A stretch of DNA of 64,000 bases from Verrucomicrobiota bacterium (lineage in GTDB: Bacteria; Verrucomicrobiota; Verrucomicrobiia; Opitutales; Seribacteraceae): contig JAQBYT010000004.1 of assembly GCA_027622665.1 (NCBI GenBank), positions 162,434-226,433 of the forward strand, written 5' to 3'. Position 1 is the first letter of the stretch. Every line of letters starts with the position of its first letter. The notes under the pieces were generated by a model that worked only from the letters and a program-made list of their open reading frames with translations, had not been told where the DNA came from and made no database searches. A program made the translations under genes and the position numbers. Positions 8,920 to 17,353 of the stretch are shown here, piece by piece.

Positions 8920-10131
8920 TTACAGTTCTCCGGCGAAGGCTTTTTGGAGGAGGGATTGCTTGAGTTCGGCCAGGGCGCTCTGCTTGCGCTCGTAGATCGC
9001 CTCCAGCGCCTTGGTTTCCTCCGACAAGGCATCGAGCTTTTCCACGATCGCTTGTTGGGTGGGGAGGGGTGGAAGCACAAAAGGTAAGTTACACCACTTT
9101 GATTTGTTAATGATTGGCAACGTCGCTTGACCTGAGCTCCCATGAACTAAGTTTTGAAAACCAGAAGTCGTGAATTGGTAGTAGGCAAACTTTGCATAAA
9201 GGTTCTCATGCGGTGTAAGAGTATTGATTTGCTGGTTGGTCGTAATCTCTCGTTCACACCATCCCGATTTTCCAATTGTCGCACCGATGCAAACCATTAG
9301 TGCAGAGGTTTCTTGTACCAACCTGGAAACACTCAAACCAGACGCACTCAAGCCCTCGTTTTCATAGTTTAAAGAACCGTCTTCGTTAAAGTCGCCCGGC
9401 TTAATGAAAGGGATGTGATTTCCATAATGTTCGGGATTTGCCTTCTTCGGTGTTGAGCCTGTTTGCGTTGATCCACATTCCCCCAGTGTGGTCTCTACCC
9501 AGTCGTCGCCTTTTTGGGAGAAGGTGGATTGGAGGACGGATTGGAAGAGTTCGCGGGCGTTGTGGAGGTTTTTCTCGGCTTGGGCGTTGGCCGCCGCGAT
9601 CCCCTCAAAGGCTTCATCCAAGATCCCCACGATCCGCTCCTGCTCGGCGAGGGGTGGGACAGCAAATGGCAACAAAGCCATATCTTTTGTACTGACATTT
9701 TGTTGGGCGGCACCATGGCCATCTTCCGTAAGCAGTGCTCTGAACGACTCTGATGATAAATATAAAAACAGAAACCGTTGTGTCAGTTGTTCGGAACTCT
9801 TCGGGTTAACCCTCGCTACGCGTTGATTTAAAACCGCAGGGAGATGTTCGTTTTGAATTATGCCGGCTCTCCCAATGTATCCAGTGAGTGAAACGAGAAC
9901 ATCACCCTCATCTAGGATAAATCGCTCCAATCCCTTTTCGGGTGCGATGTATTTTGGTTTATCCAAGGAAATGTATCCGTCCTGAACATTTCCAATACGC
10001 ATCACGAAATGCCCATCGTCGCTGTAATTTTTACTTTTGAATGCGTATCCATTTTGAATGGATACAACCTCCCCCAAGGTCTTCACTTCCCAGCCTGCTT
10101 TGGGGGTTGATGGGGCGCTGGCCATGATCAT
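8920..10131 (-). CDS. hsdS: Type I restriction-modification specificity subunit
   Basis: Two TRDs, each followed by a conserved PPLxxQxxIV helix (PPLAEQERIV, PPLPTQQAIV). Ends SLLQKAFAGEL. Coupled to the hsdM stop. Confidence 0.93.
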   Translation of the reverse strand: MIMASAPSTPKAGWEVKTLGEVVSIQNGYAFKSKNYSDDGHFVMRIGNVQDGYISLDKPKYIAPEKGLERFILDEGDVLVSLTGYIGRAGIIQNEHLPAVLNQRVARVNPKSSEQLTQRFLFLYLSSESFRALLTEDGHGAAQQNVSTKDMALLPFAVPPLAEQERIVGILDEAFEGIAAANAQAEKNLHNARELFQSVLQSTFSQKGDDWVETTLGECGSTQTGSTPKKANPEHYGNHIPFIKPGDFNEDGSLNYENEGLSASGLSVSRLVQETSALMVCIGATIGKSGWCEREITTNQQINTLTPHENLYAKFAYYQFTTSGFQNLVHGSSGQATLPIINKSKWCNLPFVLPPLPTQQAIVEKLDALSEETKALEAIYERKQSALAELKQSLLQKAFAGEL

Positions 10132-11585
10132 TGGGCGACGAGTTCCTTGACCTTGCCGAGAATGTTGGCGCTTTCCTTATCAAGCGCGGCGATTTCCTCC
10201 AGAATGGCTTCGGGTTCGCGCAGCTCGACTTCATCGTTGCGATTGGGGTTCTTGACCGAGAGGTCGCAGGTGGCTTCGTCCACTTCGCCCGCGTCCACGC
10301 TCCAGGATTGGTCCGAATCGGCGAGGGTCTTTTGGAGCTCCACGAATTCGGCGAGGTCGGCGTCGTTCAGGGGGTTGGTCTTGCCGAGGTTGCGACCCGG
10401 GTCGAGTTGGTAGTACCAGACTTTGCGGGTAGGGGCGCCTTTTTCGAAGAAGAGCACCACGGTCTTCACGCCCGCTCCTTGGAAGGTGCCGCCGGGGCAG
10501 TCGAGCACGGTGTGGAGGTTGCAGCTCGCGAGCAGTTCCTTGCGGAGGGCGACGGAGGCGTTGTCGGAATTGGAGAGGAAGGTGTTCTTGATGACGATGG
10601 CGGCCCGTTCACCGGCCCGGAGCATGCGGATAAAGTGCTGGAGGAAGAGGAAGGCGGTTTCGCCGGTCTTGATGGGGAAGTTTTGCTGCACTTCCTTGCG
10701 TTCCTTGCCGCCGAAGGGGGGATTGGCGAGGATGACGTCGTAGCGGTCCTTGTCCTGCACGTCCTGATCGTGGTCGGCGAGGGTGTTGGCATGGATGATG
10801 TTGGGCGCCTCCACCCCGTGCAGGATGAGGTTCATAATGCCGATGACGTAGGCGAGGGATTTCTTTTCCTTACCGTAGAGGGTGCGTTCCTGCAGGGTGG
10901 CGAGTTGATCGGCGGTGAGGTCGGCGGCGCGGAGGTAGTCATGGGCTTCACACAAGAAGCCGGCGGAGCCACAGGCGGGGTCGTAGATGCGTTCGCCGAT
11001 TGCGGGGGCGGTGGCCTTGACCATGGCCCGAATGAGTGGGCGCGGGGTATAGTACTCGCCACCATTACGGCCGGCGTTGCCCATGCGCTTGATCTTTTCC
11101 TCGTAGAGGGCGGAGAGCTCGTGCTTTTGCTGTTGGGAACGAAATTGGAGGGTATCGATGTGTTCGAGGGCGTCACGGAGGGAATAGCCGCTCTGGAACT
11201 TGTTCCCGATTTCGCCAAAGATCTCGCCGATCTTGTACTCGATGGTGTCGGGGCTTTCGGCCCTGCCCTTGAAGCCCTTTAGGTAGGGGATGAGTTCGCC
11301 GTTTACGTACTCCACGAGGTCGGGCCCGACGAGGGCGTTATTGTGGTCGAAGGCGCCGGATGCGTCCTTGGGGGCGGCCCAAAAGGACCAGCGGTAGTCT
11401 TCGTCGATGATGGGATCGAAGAGCTTGCCCTCGAGGGCGGCTTCCATGCGACGGGTTTCCTCGAGGTCGTCGAGGTACTTGAGGAAGAGGAGCCATGAGG
11501 TCTGCTCGACGTAGTCTAGCTCGGAGGAACAACCGGCATCTTTGTGCAGGACGTCGTCGATATTCTTAAAGGCTTGTTCGAACAT
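10128..11585 (-). CDS. hsdM: Type I restriction-modification N6-adenine methyltransferase
   Basis: GEYYTPR, SAM-binding DPACGSAGF and catalytic NPPF. Confidence 0.95.
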   Translation of the reverse strand: MFEQAFKNIDDVLHKDAGCSSELDYVEQTSWLLFLKYLDDLEETRRMEAALEGKLFDPIIDEDYRWSFWAAPKDASGAFDHNNALVGPDLVEYVNGELIPYLKGFKGRAESPDTIEYKIGEIFGEIGNKFQSGYSLRDALEHIDTLQFRSQQQKHELSALYEEKIKRMGNAGRNGGEYYTPRPLIRAMVKATAPAIGERIYDPACGSAGFLCEAHDYLRAADLTADQLATLQERTLYGKEKKSLAYVIGIMNLILHGVEAPNIIHANTLADHDQDVQDKDRYDVILANPPFGGKERKEVQQNFPIKTGETAFLFLQHFIRMLRAGERAAIVIKNTFLSNSDNASVALRKELLASCNLHTVLDCPGGTFQGAGVKTVVLFFEKGAPTRKVWYYQLDPGRNLGKTNPLNDADLAEFVELQKTLADSDQSWSVDAGEVDEATCDLSVKNPNRNDEVELREPEAILEEIAALDKESANILGKVKELVAQ

Positions 11586-11695
11586 GGGGAGGAGAAAGGG
11601 TGATTGAAGACAGTGGGTAGGACGCTAGCGTCTCGACGGGTGTCTACAAGCGGAAAGATTTGCGGTGGGATTCCCGCGAGGAGGGCTTCCGCCCG

Positions 11696-12364
11696 TCATT
11701 TTGCCACGAAGGCGGCGCGGATTTTTCGCAGGGTTTTTCGTATGGGTGCTTCGGAGCTTTGGGGGGAGGCGCAGAAGAAGAGGTAGGTTCGCTTGCGGAT
11801 CTTGTCTTTCCATGCGTGGATCTCGAGGTGGAGGTCCTGCGGTTTGCCGGTCGCGAATGGCTCGATCCACTTTAGGGTGGCGAGGTAGGCGGCGGGGGAC
11901 TTTGCCTGCTTGGGGGCGGAACCGGGGAGATCCTTGGCGGGCTTGAGGTCGATGGCGAACTTCGAGACGTCCACCTTGCGGCCCTTACCGGCGGAGACGC
12001 GGGAGGAGAGGCCTTGGTAGTAGAGAAGGATTTGCTTGCGAAGGCCGGCGGGGGAGACGTCTGCGTCGCCGGCGAGGGAGAAGACGAGGGCGTAGCTGAA
12101 GAAGTCGGGTCGGTCCGCCTTGAACATGCCGGGAGCGAAGCGGATTTCCTCAATTCCCTTCCAATCCATGGTGGGAGAGAAGCCGGGCGGGAGCTTGATG
12201 CGTTCGCCGAACCAACCGGGATCGGTTTCCCAGTGGAAGGTCTCGGGCTTCGGAGTGATGGTTTTCGGAGCGGTTTCCGCTTTTACTTGGGCAGGTCCTT
12301 GCAATGTCCCAGCTAGAAAAAGCAAGGTCGAGGCCAAATGGATCTTACTTCTCGGGATGGTCAT
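11696..12364 (-). CDS. Hypothetical secreted protein
   Basis: Signal-like N-terminus (MTIPRSKIHLASTLLFLAG), then WFGERIKLPPGFSPTMDWKGIEEIRFAPGMF. Start placed just after the upstream stop. Confidence 0.65.
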   Translation of the reverse strand: MTIPRSKIHLASTLLFLAGTLQGPAQVKAETAPKTITPKPETFHWETDPGWFGERIKLPPGFSPTMDWKGIEEIRFAPGMFKADRPDFFSYALVFSLAGDADVSPAGLRKQILLYYQGLSSRVSAGKGRKVDVSKFAIDLKPAKDLPGSAPKQAKSPAAYLATLKWIEPFATGKPQDLHLEIHAWKDKIRKRTYLFFCASPQSSEAPIRKTLRKIRAAFVAK

Positions 12365-12377
12365 GTTGAGGAATTCC

Positions 12378-13826
12378 TTACTTTTTGGAGGTGAAGGGGG
12401 AGGCGGGGAGCCCTTCACGGTTGACGAGGTTGGGGGTGGCCAGTTGGTCCCAGCCAAAGCGCACTTGGATGGGTTCCTTGACCATCTTGCTTTTCGCCAC
12501 GATGTGATCTCCATGCACGATAAAGGTTTCGGCCTGATGCCAGACACCGTCCTTGCCGGCCACCTCGAAATGGCTTGGGTTCTTCTTGTCGGTTGTGGTC
12601 AGGCCGTGCGGCTTTCCCCCCATTTTCTTGAAATGCACGGTGATGCTTCCCTTCCCGCCGTCGGAGTGGTCGGCTTTGTCGAAAAGTGGCCCGGAGTAGA
12701 CGATCTTGTCGTTGCCGTAGTCGTTGGCGAGGGCCCATAGGGCGAGGCGCTTGCCTACGTCTTGCTTGTTGGGTGGGTGGATGTTGGTGAGGGTGGTGAT
12801 GTCGGTGGTTACCGCCATGCCTGTGTGCGGCACCTTAAGGGTTTCGAGCTGGGCTTGCCAAATGCCCGGCAAGCTTTTGGGGTCGCCACGGTATTTGTAG
12901 GGAGCGAGTTGGACGAAGTGAAAGGGGAGTTCGGGATTGTTCCAAACGCTTCTCCAGCCCGCGATGAGGGCTTTCATCTTTTCGTGGTAAAGCATGCCTT
13001 CGCCGTTGTTGGATTCACCTTGGTACCAGATAGCTCCCTTGATGGCATAAGGCAGCAAGGGGGAAATCATGCCGTTGTAGAGAGCTAGCGGCGTTTGGTG
13101 GTTGATTTTGTTGCCTCTTTTCTGAGGAAACTGGTCGAGCTTGTCGGCAAAGTCCTTCTTGAGGGAGGGTACGGCCATGAACCCTACGGGCGGTATCCAT
13201 GGCTCGATACGTGTGCCGCCCCAGTTGGAACCAATTAACCCGATGGGCACGTTGAGTTCGTTCTTTAGGTGGCGCCCGAAATAGTAGCCGACTGCAGTGA
13301 AGTTGGCCACGGTGGAGGGGCTGCAGACTTGCCATCCGGAAGTTTGAACGTCGCGCTCGGGTTTGTCCGAAGGACGGTGCGGCACCTTTACGTGCCGAAT
13401 AAGAGGATGTTTGGCATTGGCGATCTCCTCCTTTGCATTGGTGGAGCGCGAGACGGTCCACTCCATGTTCGACTGACCCGAGCAAAGCCAGACCTCGCCG
13501 ACGAGTACGTCCTCCAGTTTGATTTCGTTGGACCCCTTGACCACGAGGTCGGCTCCCTTTGCATTGGCTTTGGAGGCGGGGAGCTTTACTTGCCATTTAC
13601 CATCTTTGTCCGCTTTGGTGGAAACCTTGGCATCGTGGAAAGTGACGGTGACTTCCTCGCCGGGATCGGCCCAACCCCAGACGGGCACCGCTACTCCTTG
13701 CTGGAGAACCATGTGACTACCGAGAATGGAGGGTAACTTTACTGCGGCCGAGGTGATGGTCGCTGAAATCGCCGTTAGGGCTAGGATGCCGAGCAGGCGT
13801 CGGGATGGGAATGATGAATTTTTCAT
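12378..13826 (-). CDS. Sialate O-acetylesterase family (SGNH/SASA) carbohydrate esterase
   Basis: HMVLQQ, VGEVWLCSGQSNME, WGGTRIEPW, WYQGESN, NIHPPNK. Confidence 0.9.
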   Translation of the reverse strand: MKNSSFPSRRLLGILALTAISATITSAAVKLPSILGSHMVLQQGVAVPVWGWADPGEEVTVTFHDAKVSTKADKDGKWQVKLPASKANAKGADLVVKGSNEIKLEDVLVGEVWLCSGQSNMEWTVSRSTNAKEEIANAKHPLIRHVKVPHRPSDKPERDVQTSGWQVCSPSTVANFTAVGYYFGRHLKNELNVPIGLIGSNWGGTRIEPWIPPVGFMAVPSLKKDFADKLDQFPQKRGNKINHQTPLALYNGMISPLLPYAIKGAIWYQGESNNGEGMLYHEKMKALIAGWRSVWNNPELPFHFVQLAPYKYRGDPKSLPGIWQAQLETLKVPHTGMAVTTDITTLTNIHPPNKQDVGKRLALWALANDYGNDKIVYSGPLFDKADHSDGGKGSITVHFKKMGGKPHGLTTTDKKNPSHFEVAGKDGVWHQAETFIVHGDHIVAKSKMVKEPIQVRFGWDQLATPNLVNREGLPASPFTSKK

Positions 13827-14090
13827 GGTCTACTATTTTGGTTTTCCGGAATGAGAGTGCGTAAAAGTGTAGAATCCTCGGCTCGCCGGCAAGAACGCAG
13901 GAGAATTTCCGAGAAATTAATTCTTCAGCTCTAGCAGAGGGCTGGGCTGGTTGTTCGTAAGAGAAGCCGAGAGGACGCCGGACGCCGGAGAAACGTTTTC
14001 AGGAGTGGCGATCCTCGGGTGCCATTCCTCGCCGACCCATTTTACGCGGAATTTTTCTGCCGATTTCCTTTTTTCCGATATGAGTAAGGT

Positions 14091-14243
14091 TGACGGAGTG
14101 CGGATGTTTTTCTGGCCTTAGCACTCAAGGTCCGTTGATAAGTTTTCCCCGACAATCCGCAGGATGCTTAGCTTTTTCTAGGCAGCATGGATCGAGTTGA
14201 TTTGAGTACTGATTACCAGAAGGATAATAGAGAATGTTTTCAT
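14091..14243 (-). pseudogene. Decayed 5' fragment of a sulfatase gene
   Basis: MKTFSIILLVISTQINSIHAA*KKLSILRIVGENLSTDLEC*GQKNIRTP: a signal peptide plus a PNIL..D..DLGCYG...TP-like sulfatase start, with two in-frame stops (14178-14180 and 14118-14120). Confidence 0.6.
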
Positions 14244-14424
14244 AACGTACAGAAAGTGCATAGATGATCCTATCGTTAAGGTTTTAAGGGCAACTTTCGA
14301 GTTGCCCGGTAAATTCCATGCCCTTGCAACGGGCTGGGTATCAGGATCTTATGCGTTTATGGCTGGGTTTCGTTGCCCTCCGGTAAAGCCGTGCCGAATT
14401 TGGGATGACACTTAATCGGTACAT

Positions 14425-14461
14425 AAAAGCGGCCCGCCCCGGTTGCAACCAAGGGCGGGCC
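14425..14461 (-). terminator. Intrinsic terminator
   Basis: Minus strand GGCCCGCCC-ttggttgcaaccg-GGGCGGGCC followed by GCTTTTAT. Confidence 0.7.
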
Positions 14462-14499
14462 TAAAACCAAGAAAGCCTACCCCAAAACTCTCTTGGAAG
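14425..14499 (-). ncRNA. Candidate small RNA (~75 nt, two hairpins)
   Basis: Lies downstream of a sigma70-like promoter. 5' stem CCAAGAGAG/CUUUCUUGG with loop UUUUGGGGUAGG, followed by a GC-rich terminator hairpin and a U tract. No ORF. Confidence 0.55.
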
Positions 14500-14504
14500 A
14501 TTTC

Positions 14505-14534
14505 ACTATATGAGAGTAAAAGAGAGCTCGTCAA
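14505..14534 (-). promoter_or_regulatory. Sigma70-like promoter
   Basis: TTGACG (14534-14529), 18-nt spacer, TATAGT (14510-14505); each box matches consensus 5/6. Confidence 0.6.
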
Positions 14535-14707
14535 CTCCCATTGAAAAAATCTTTCGGTGTCAGAGTTGAGGTGTTTTCAGAAACCCTTGTTCCTCTGTAA
14601 TTTCCCTCAGAAAAAATGTCGAAATATTTTTAAAAACCTTCGCTTTTCGAAAGAGTTTCTCGATTCCTTCTCGTTTTTTGAATGAGCTTTCGAGCACAAG
14701 TTTCGGC

Positions 14708-16108
14708 CTAATATTCTTGCGATTTCTTAATGCCCGGCTCGGGGACGGGATATATGCCTTCGGCGTTGGCTAAAAGAGGAGAATCCGATTCCAGGGTAAG
14801 CTTTTCCACTCCCGGGGCGAACTGGTGTTTTGAATTGAGCATTTGGTCGTAGGTTATTTCCTGTCCGGTGTGGGCGGCCATGCGACCCATCGAGGTCGTT
14901 GTACTGGCTGCTACACCGCGATCGACTTCGTTGTAAGGCTTGTTGTTGCGGATCGCGTCCATGAGGTGCTCCCATTCGTCTTGGTAGGGATTGGTCTCGG
15001 TGATCGGGCGTTGGCCATCGCGTTGGCCGAACATCCATGCGATATCACTGTCTGGCCCCTGTCCCTTGTGTATGCGAGCCTGCGAACGGTGGCCTCCGGG
15101 GCCGGAAACCAAAGCATATCCCTTGGTGCCGTGGGCATTGCTACTGAATTCACCGTAGCAACCCGCCATATTTCGTCCGTGCAGATAGAGCTTGGTTCCG
15201 TCGTCGTAGGTGTATTCAACGGTGTAGTTGTCAAGGTTTTGGTCGATGCTGTCTCCTCGGTAATGCCGTCCTCCCTGGGCTTGCGCCTTCACCGGCCAAG
15301 CATCTTTCATCCAGCAGCACTCGTCGATGTTGTGGATAAAGAAGTCGCTAAAGGAACCCCCGCTCAGCCAAAGGAAGCTGTGGAACCGCTTTATTTGGTA
15401 CATCAGTTCCTTTTCGTTGTCGGGTTTTTTCCCGGAAAAGCACGAGGCGATGGGACCTTGCATACGGTATGCCCGTAGGGCGAGGATTTCTCCGATTTCC
15501 CCGTCTTTGATACGGGAAAACAGTTCTCGCCTAGCTTTACTGTGACGACACATCAGGCCAACCCCGACCTTGAGGTTTTTCTTCTTAGCTTCTTGGTTTA
15601 ATTCAAGCATTTTCCGGGAGGAAAAACCGTCCGGCGTGACAGGCTTTTCCATGAAGACGTTCAAGCCTTTTTTGATCGCATACTCGTAATGCACCCAACG
15701 AAACGCGCATGGGGTAGTGAAGATCGCCACGTCGCCTTTGTCTAGGGTGTCCATGGCTTTCTTGTAACCGTCGAAGCCAATGTGTTTGTTGTCAGGCGAT
15801 ACGTCCACCTTGTCCTTGTGCTTGTTTTTGAGTCCGTTGTAGCTGCTGTCCAGTCTGTGCTGGAAGACGTCGGCCATTGCCACAAGTTTTGTGGGGCCAT
15901 TGGCAAGGGAGACGGAGAGGGCGTTGCTGGCTGCGCCTGTGCCGCGTCCGCCGCAACCGATGAGCGCGATCTTTGTGGTGTCGTCGGTCTTGCCGTGAAC
16001 CATGGGAAGCGTTACGCCCGCGAGGGCGCCTACTCCGGCGATTTTGCCACCGTTGCCGATGAAGGACCGGCGCGTTATGGGAGAGGATGTTTCGGGTGTC
16101 TTGTCCAT
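14708..16108 (-). CDS. Gfo/Idh/MocA family oxidoreductase, Tat-exported
   Basis: TRRSFI Tat motif, IALIGCGGRGTGA, MEKP, FIHNID. Start placed at MDKTP. Confidence 0.9.
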   Translation of the reverse strand: MDKTPETSSPITRRSFIGNGGKIAGVGALAGVTLPMVHGKTDDTTKIALIGCGGRGTGAASNALSVSLANGPTKLVAMADVFQHRLDSSYNGLKNKHKDKVDVSPDNKHIGFDGYKKAMDTLDKGDVAIFTTPCAFRWVHYEYAIKKGLNVFMEKPVTPDGFSSRKMLELNQEAKKKNLKVGVGLMCRHSKARRELFSRIKDGEIGEILALRAYRMQGPIASCFSGKKPDNEKELMYQIKRFHSFLWLSGGSFSDFFIHNIDECCWMKDAWPVKAQAQGGRHYRGDSIDQNLDNYTVEYTYDDGTKLYLHGRNMAGCYGEFSSNAHGTKGYALVSGPGGHRSQARIHKGQGPDSDIAWMFGQRDGQRPITETNPYQDEWEHLMDAIRNNKPYNEVDRGVAASTTTSMGRMAAHTGQEITYDQMLNSKHQFAPGVEKLTLESDSPLLANAEGIYPVPEPGIKKSQEY

Positions 16109-16244
16109 GGTACGCTTATTCCGTTTGAGGTTTGGCCGAAGTGGCTTTGGTTTAATAATATAAAGTTCAAAGAGGGTATGCTCCGTCAAATCTTTTGCGT
16201 CCACTCAAATGTTATTTGCAAGGAGGGAAGGGCATTCGAAGGGC

Positions 16245-17353
16245 TCATTTGAGTGCCTTTTCAAACAAGGGATAGGCAACTTTCCCGTTCCAGCGTTGGT
16301 CTCCCTCGAATTGGTCGAAGCGAAGCCGTTTTTCCTCTCCGAGGGCATGGTAGGCGTTCTTCAGTCGCTTGCGGAAAACTTCATCCCACGGCTTCACTAT
16401 GAGAGAATCCATGGAGCCGGTTTCCCAAACGCAAGGTCGCGTGGCAATCAGTGAACCGATCTCTGAATAATCCCCATAATTCAAGAGTTTGGGTATTATT
16501 TGAGAACCGCAGCTATAGCGAATAGAAAGCCTTTCCTGGAGTAGGTTCAGTGCTCCGCTCACAGAGGCCACTTTGATGCGATTGTCCATCGCGGTTACTA
16601 TCATCGTCATGCGACCGCCGTAGGAGAGACCGGAGCAACCGAGCTTCTCCGTATGTACTTCGGGCCGACTTTGCAACAAGTCAAGGCGCCAGCGCAGGTC
16701 GCGCAAGTTCGCCGTGATGGGCAACTGGCCGAGGGTCTGCATCCGGACGAAGGTCCCGGCGCAGGGGTCTTGTCCGCCGTATTTCTTTCGGTTTACCCGG
16801 CGACCGAATGGCACCATGCAGGGTGCGGCAACGACATAGCCTTTTCGAACGAATTGCAGACCGTAATCGTAGTGGCTTTTTTGGATGGCTTCTTCCACTC
16901 CGGGCAGGTCGTCTCGCCCCACGATCGGATCGTTACCGAACTCGCCATGGCCATGGACGCACAGGACTCCTGGGGGCCTTCTTTCCTTTAGCAAGGTTCC
17001 TCGGGATCAGTAGGTAGACCGGGACGGAGGGAATGCCTTTCGCTTCGAGCAAGATCTGATGTCTCACATGGTCATTGAGCTTTACGACTTCCTCGACAGT
17101 TACCTTCCCATTCCTCGGCGGAGTAGAGTCGCCCAGCAATTCGGTCAGCTTGGTCTTGAATTCCTTTTGCCAACGTCTGCATTCTTCCGCGGTTTTCCCT
17201 TGGAACAGCATGGAGAGTCGGGCGTTCTTCAAGGCCGCTCCAATATCGGCGTCGACGAGTCGTTTCGGAGTTTGTCCGGCTAGTTTCGGCAGCGAGTCCG
17301 AGCATGGAGCTCGCCAGCGTCGCGGTGCGTTGAGTGAAGGCGCGACGGTTCAT
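16245..17353 (-). pseudogene. Alpha/beta hydrolase (dienelactone hydrolase/acetyl esterase-like), double frameshift
   Basis: Three frames join into one protein: MNRRAFTQ (Tat-like start at 17353, coupled to the upstream stop), then ...IPSVPVYLLIP...KKAP, then GVLCVHGHG...GLSYGG. Breaks lie near 17285 and at a G5 run (16972-16976). Confidence 0.75.

Noticed and set aside
8508..8995. Short ORFs across the hsdS-fic spacer (CHCEEG repeats)
   Set aside because: They are translations of the palindromic repeats and overlap real genes.
8920..10131. Phase-variable hsdS shufflon
   Set aside because: There is only one hsdS, with no silent TRD cassettes or recombinase, and the inverted repeats lie wholly outside the gene.
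10131..11282. 383-aa plus-strand ORF, and similar long ORFs at 6261-6944, 6592-7617, 7110-7910, 39933-40781 and 56458-57186
   Set aside because: These are antisense or alternate-frame shadows of well-supported GC-rich genes, with no motifs of their own.
5259..11585. RM locus as a delimited mobile element
   Set aside because: No integrase, transposase, tRNA or flanking direct repeats were seen.
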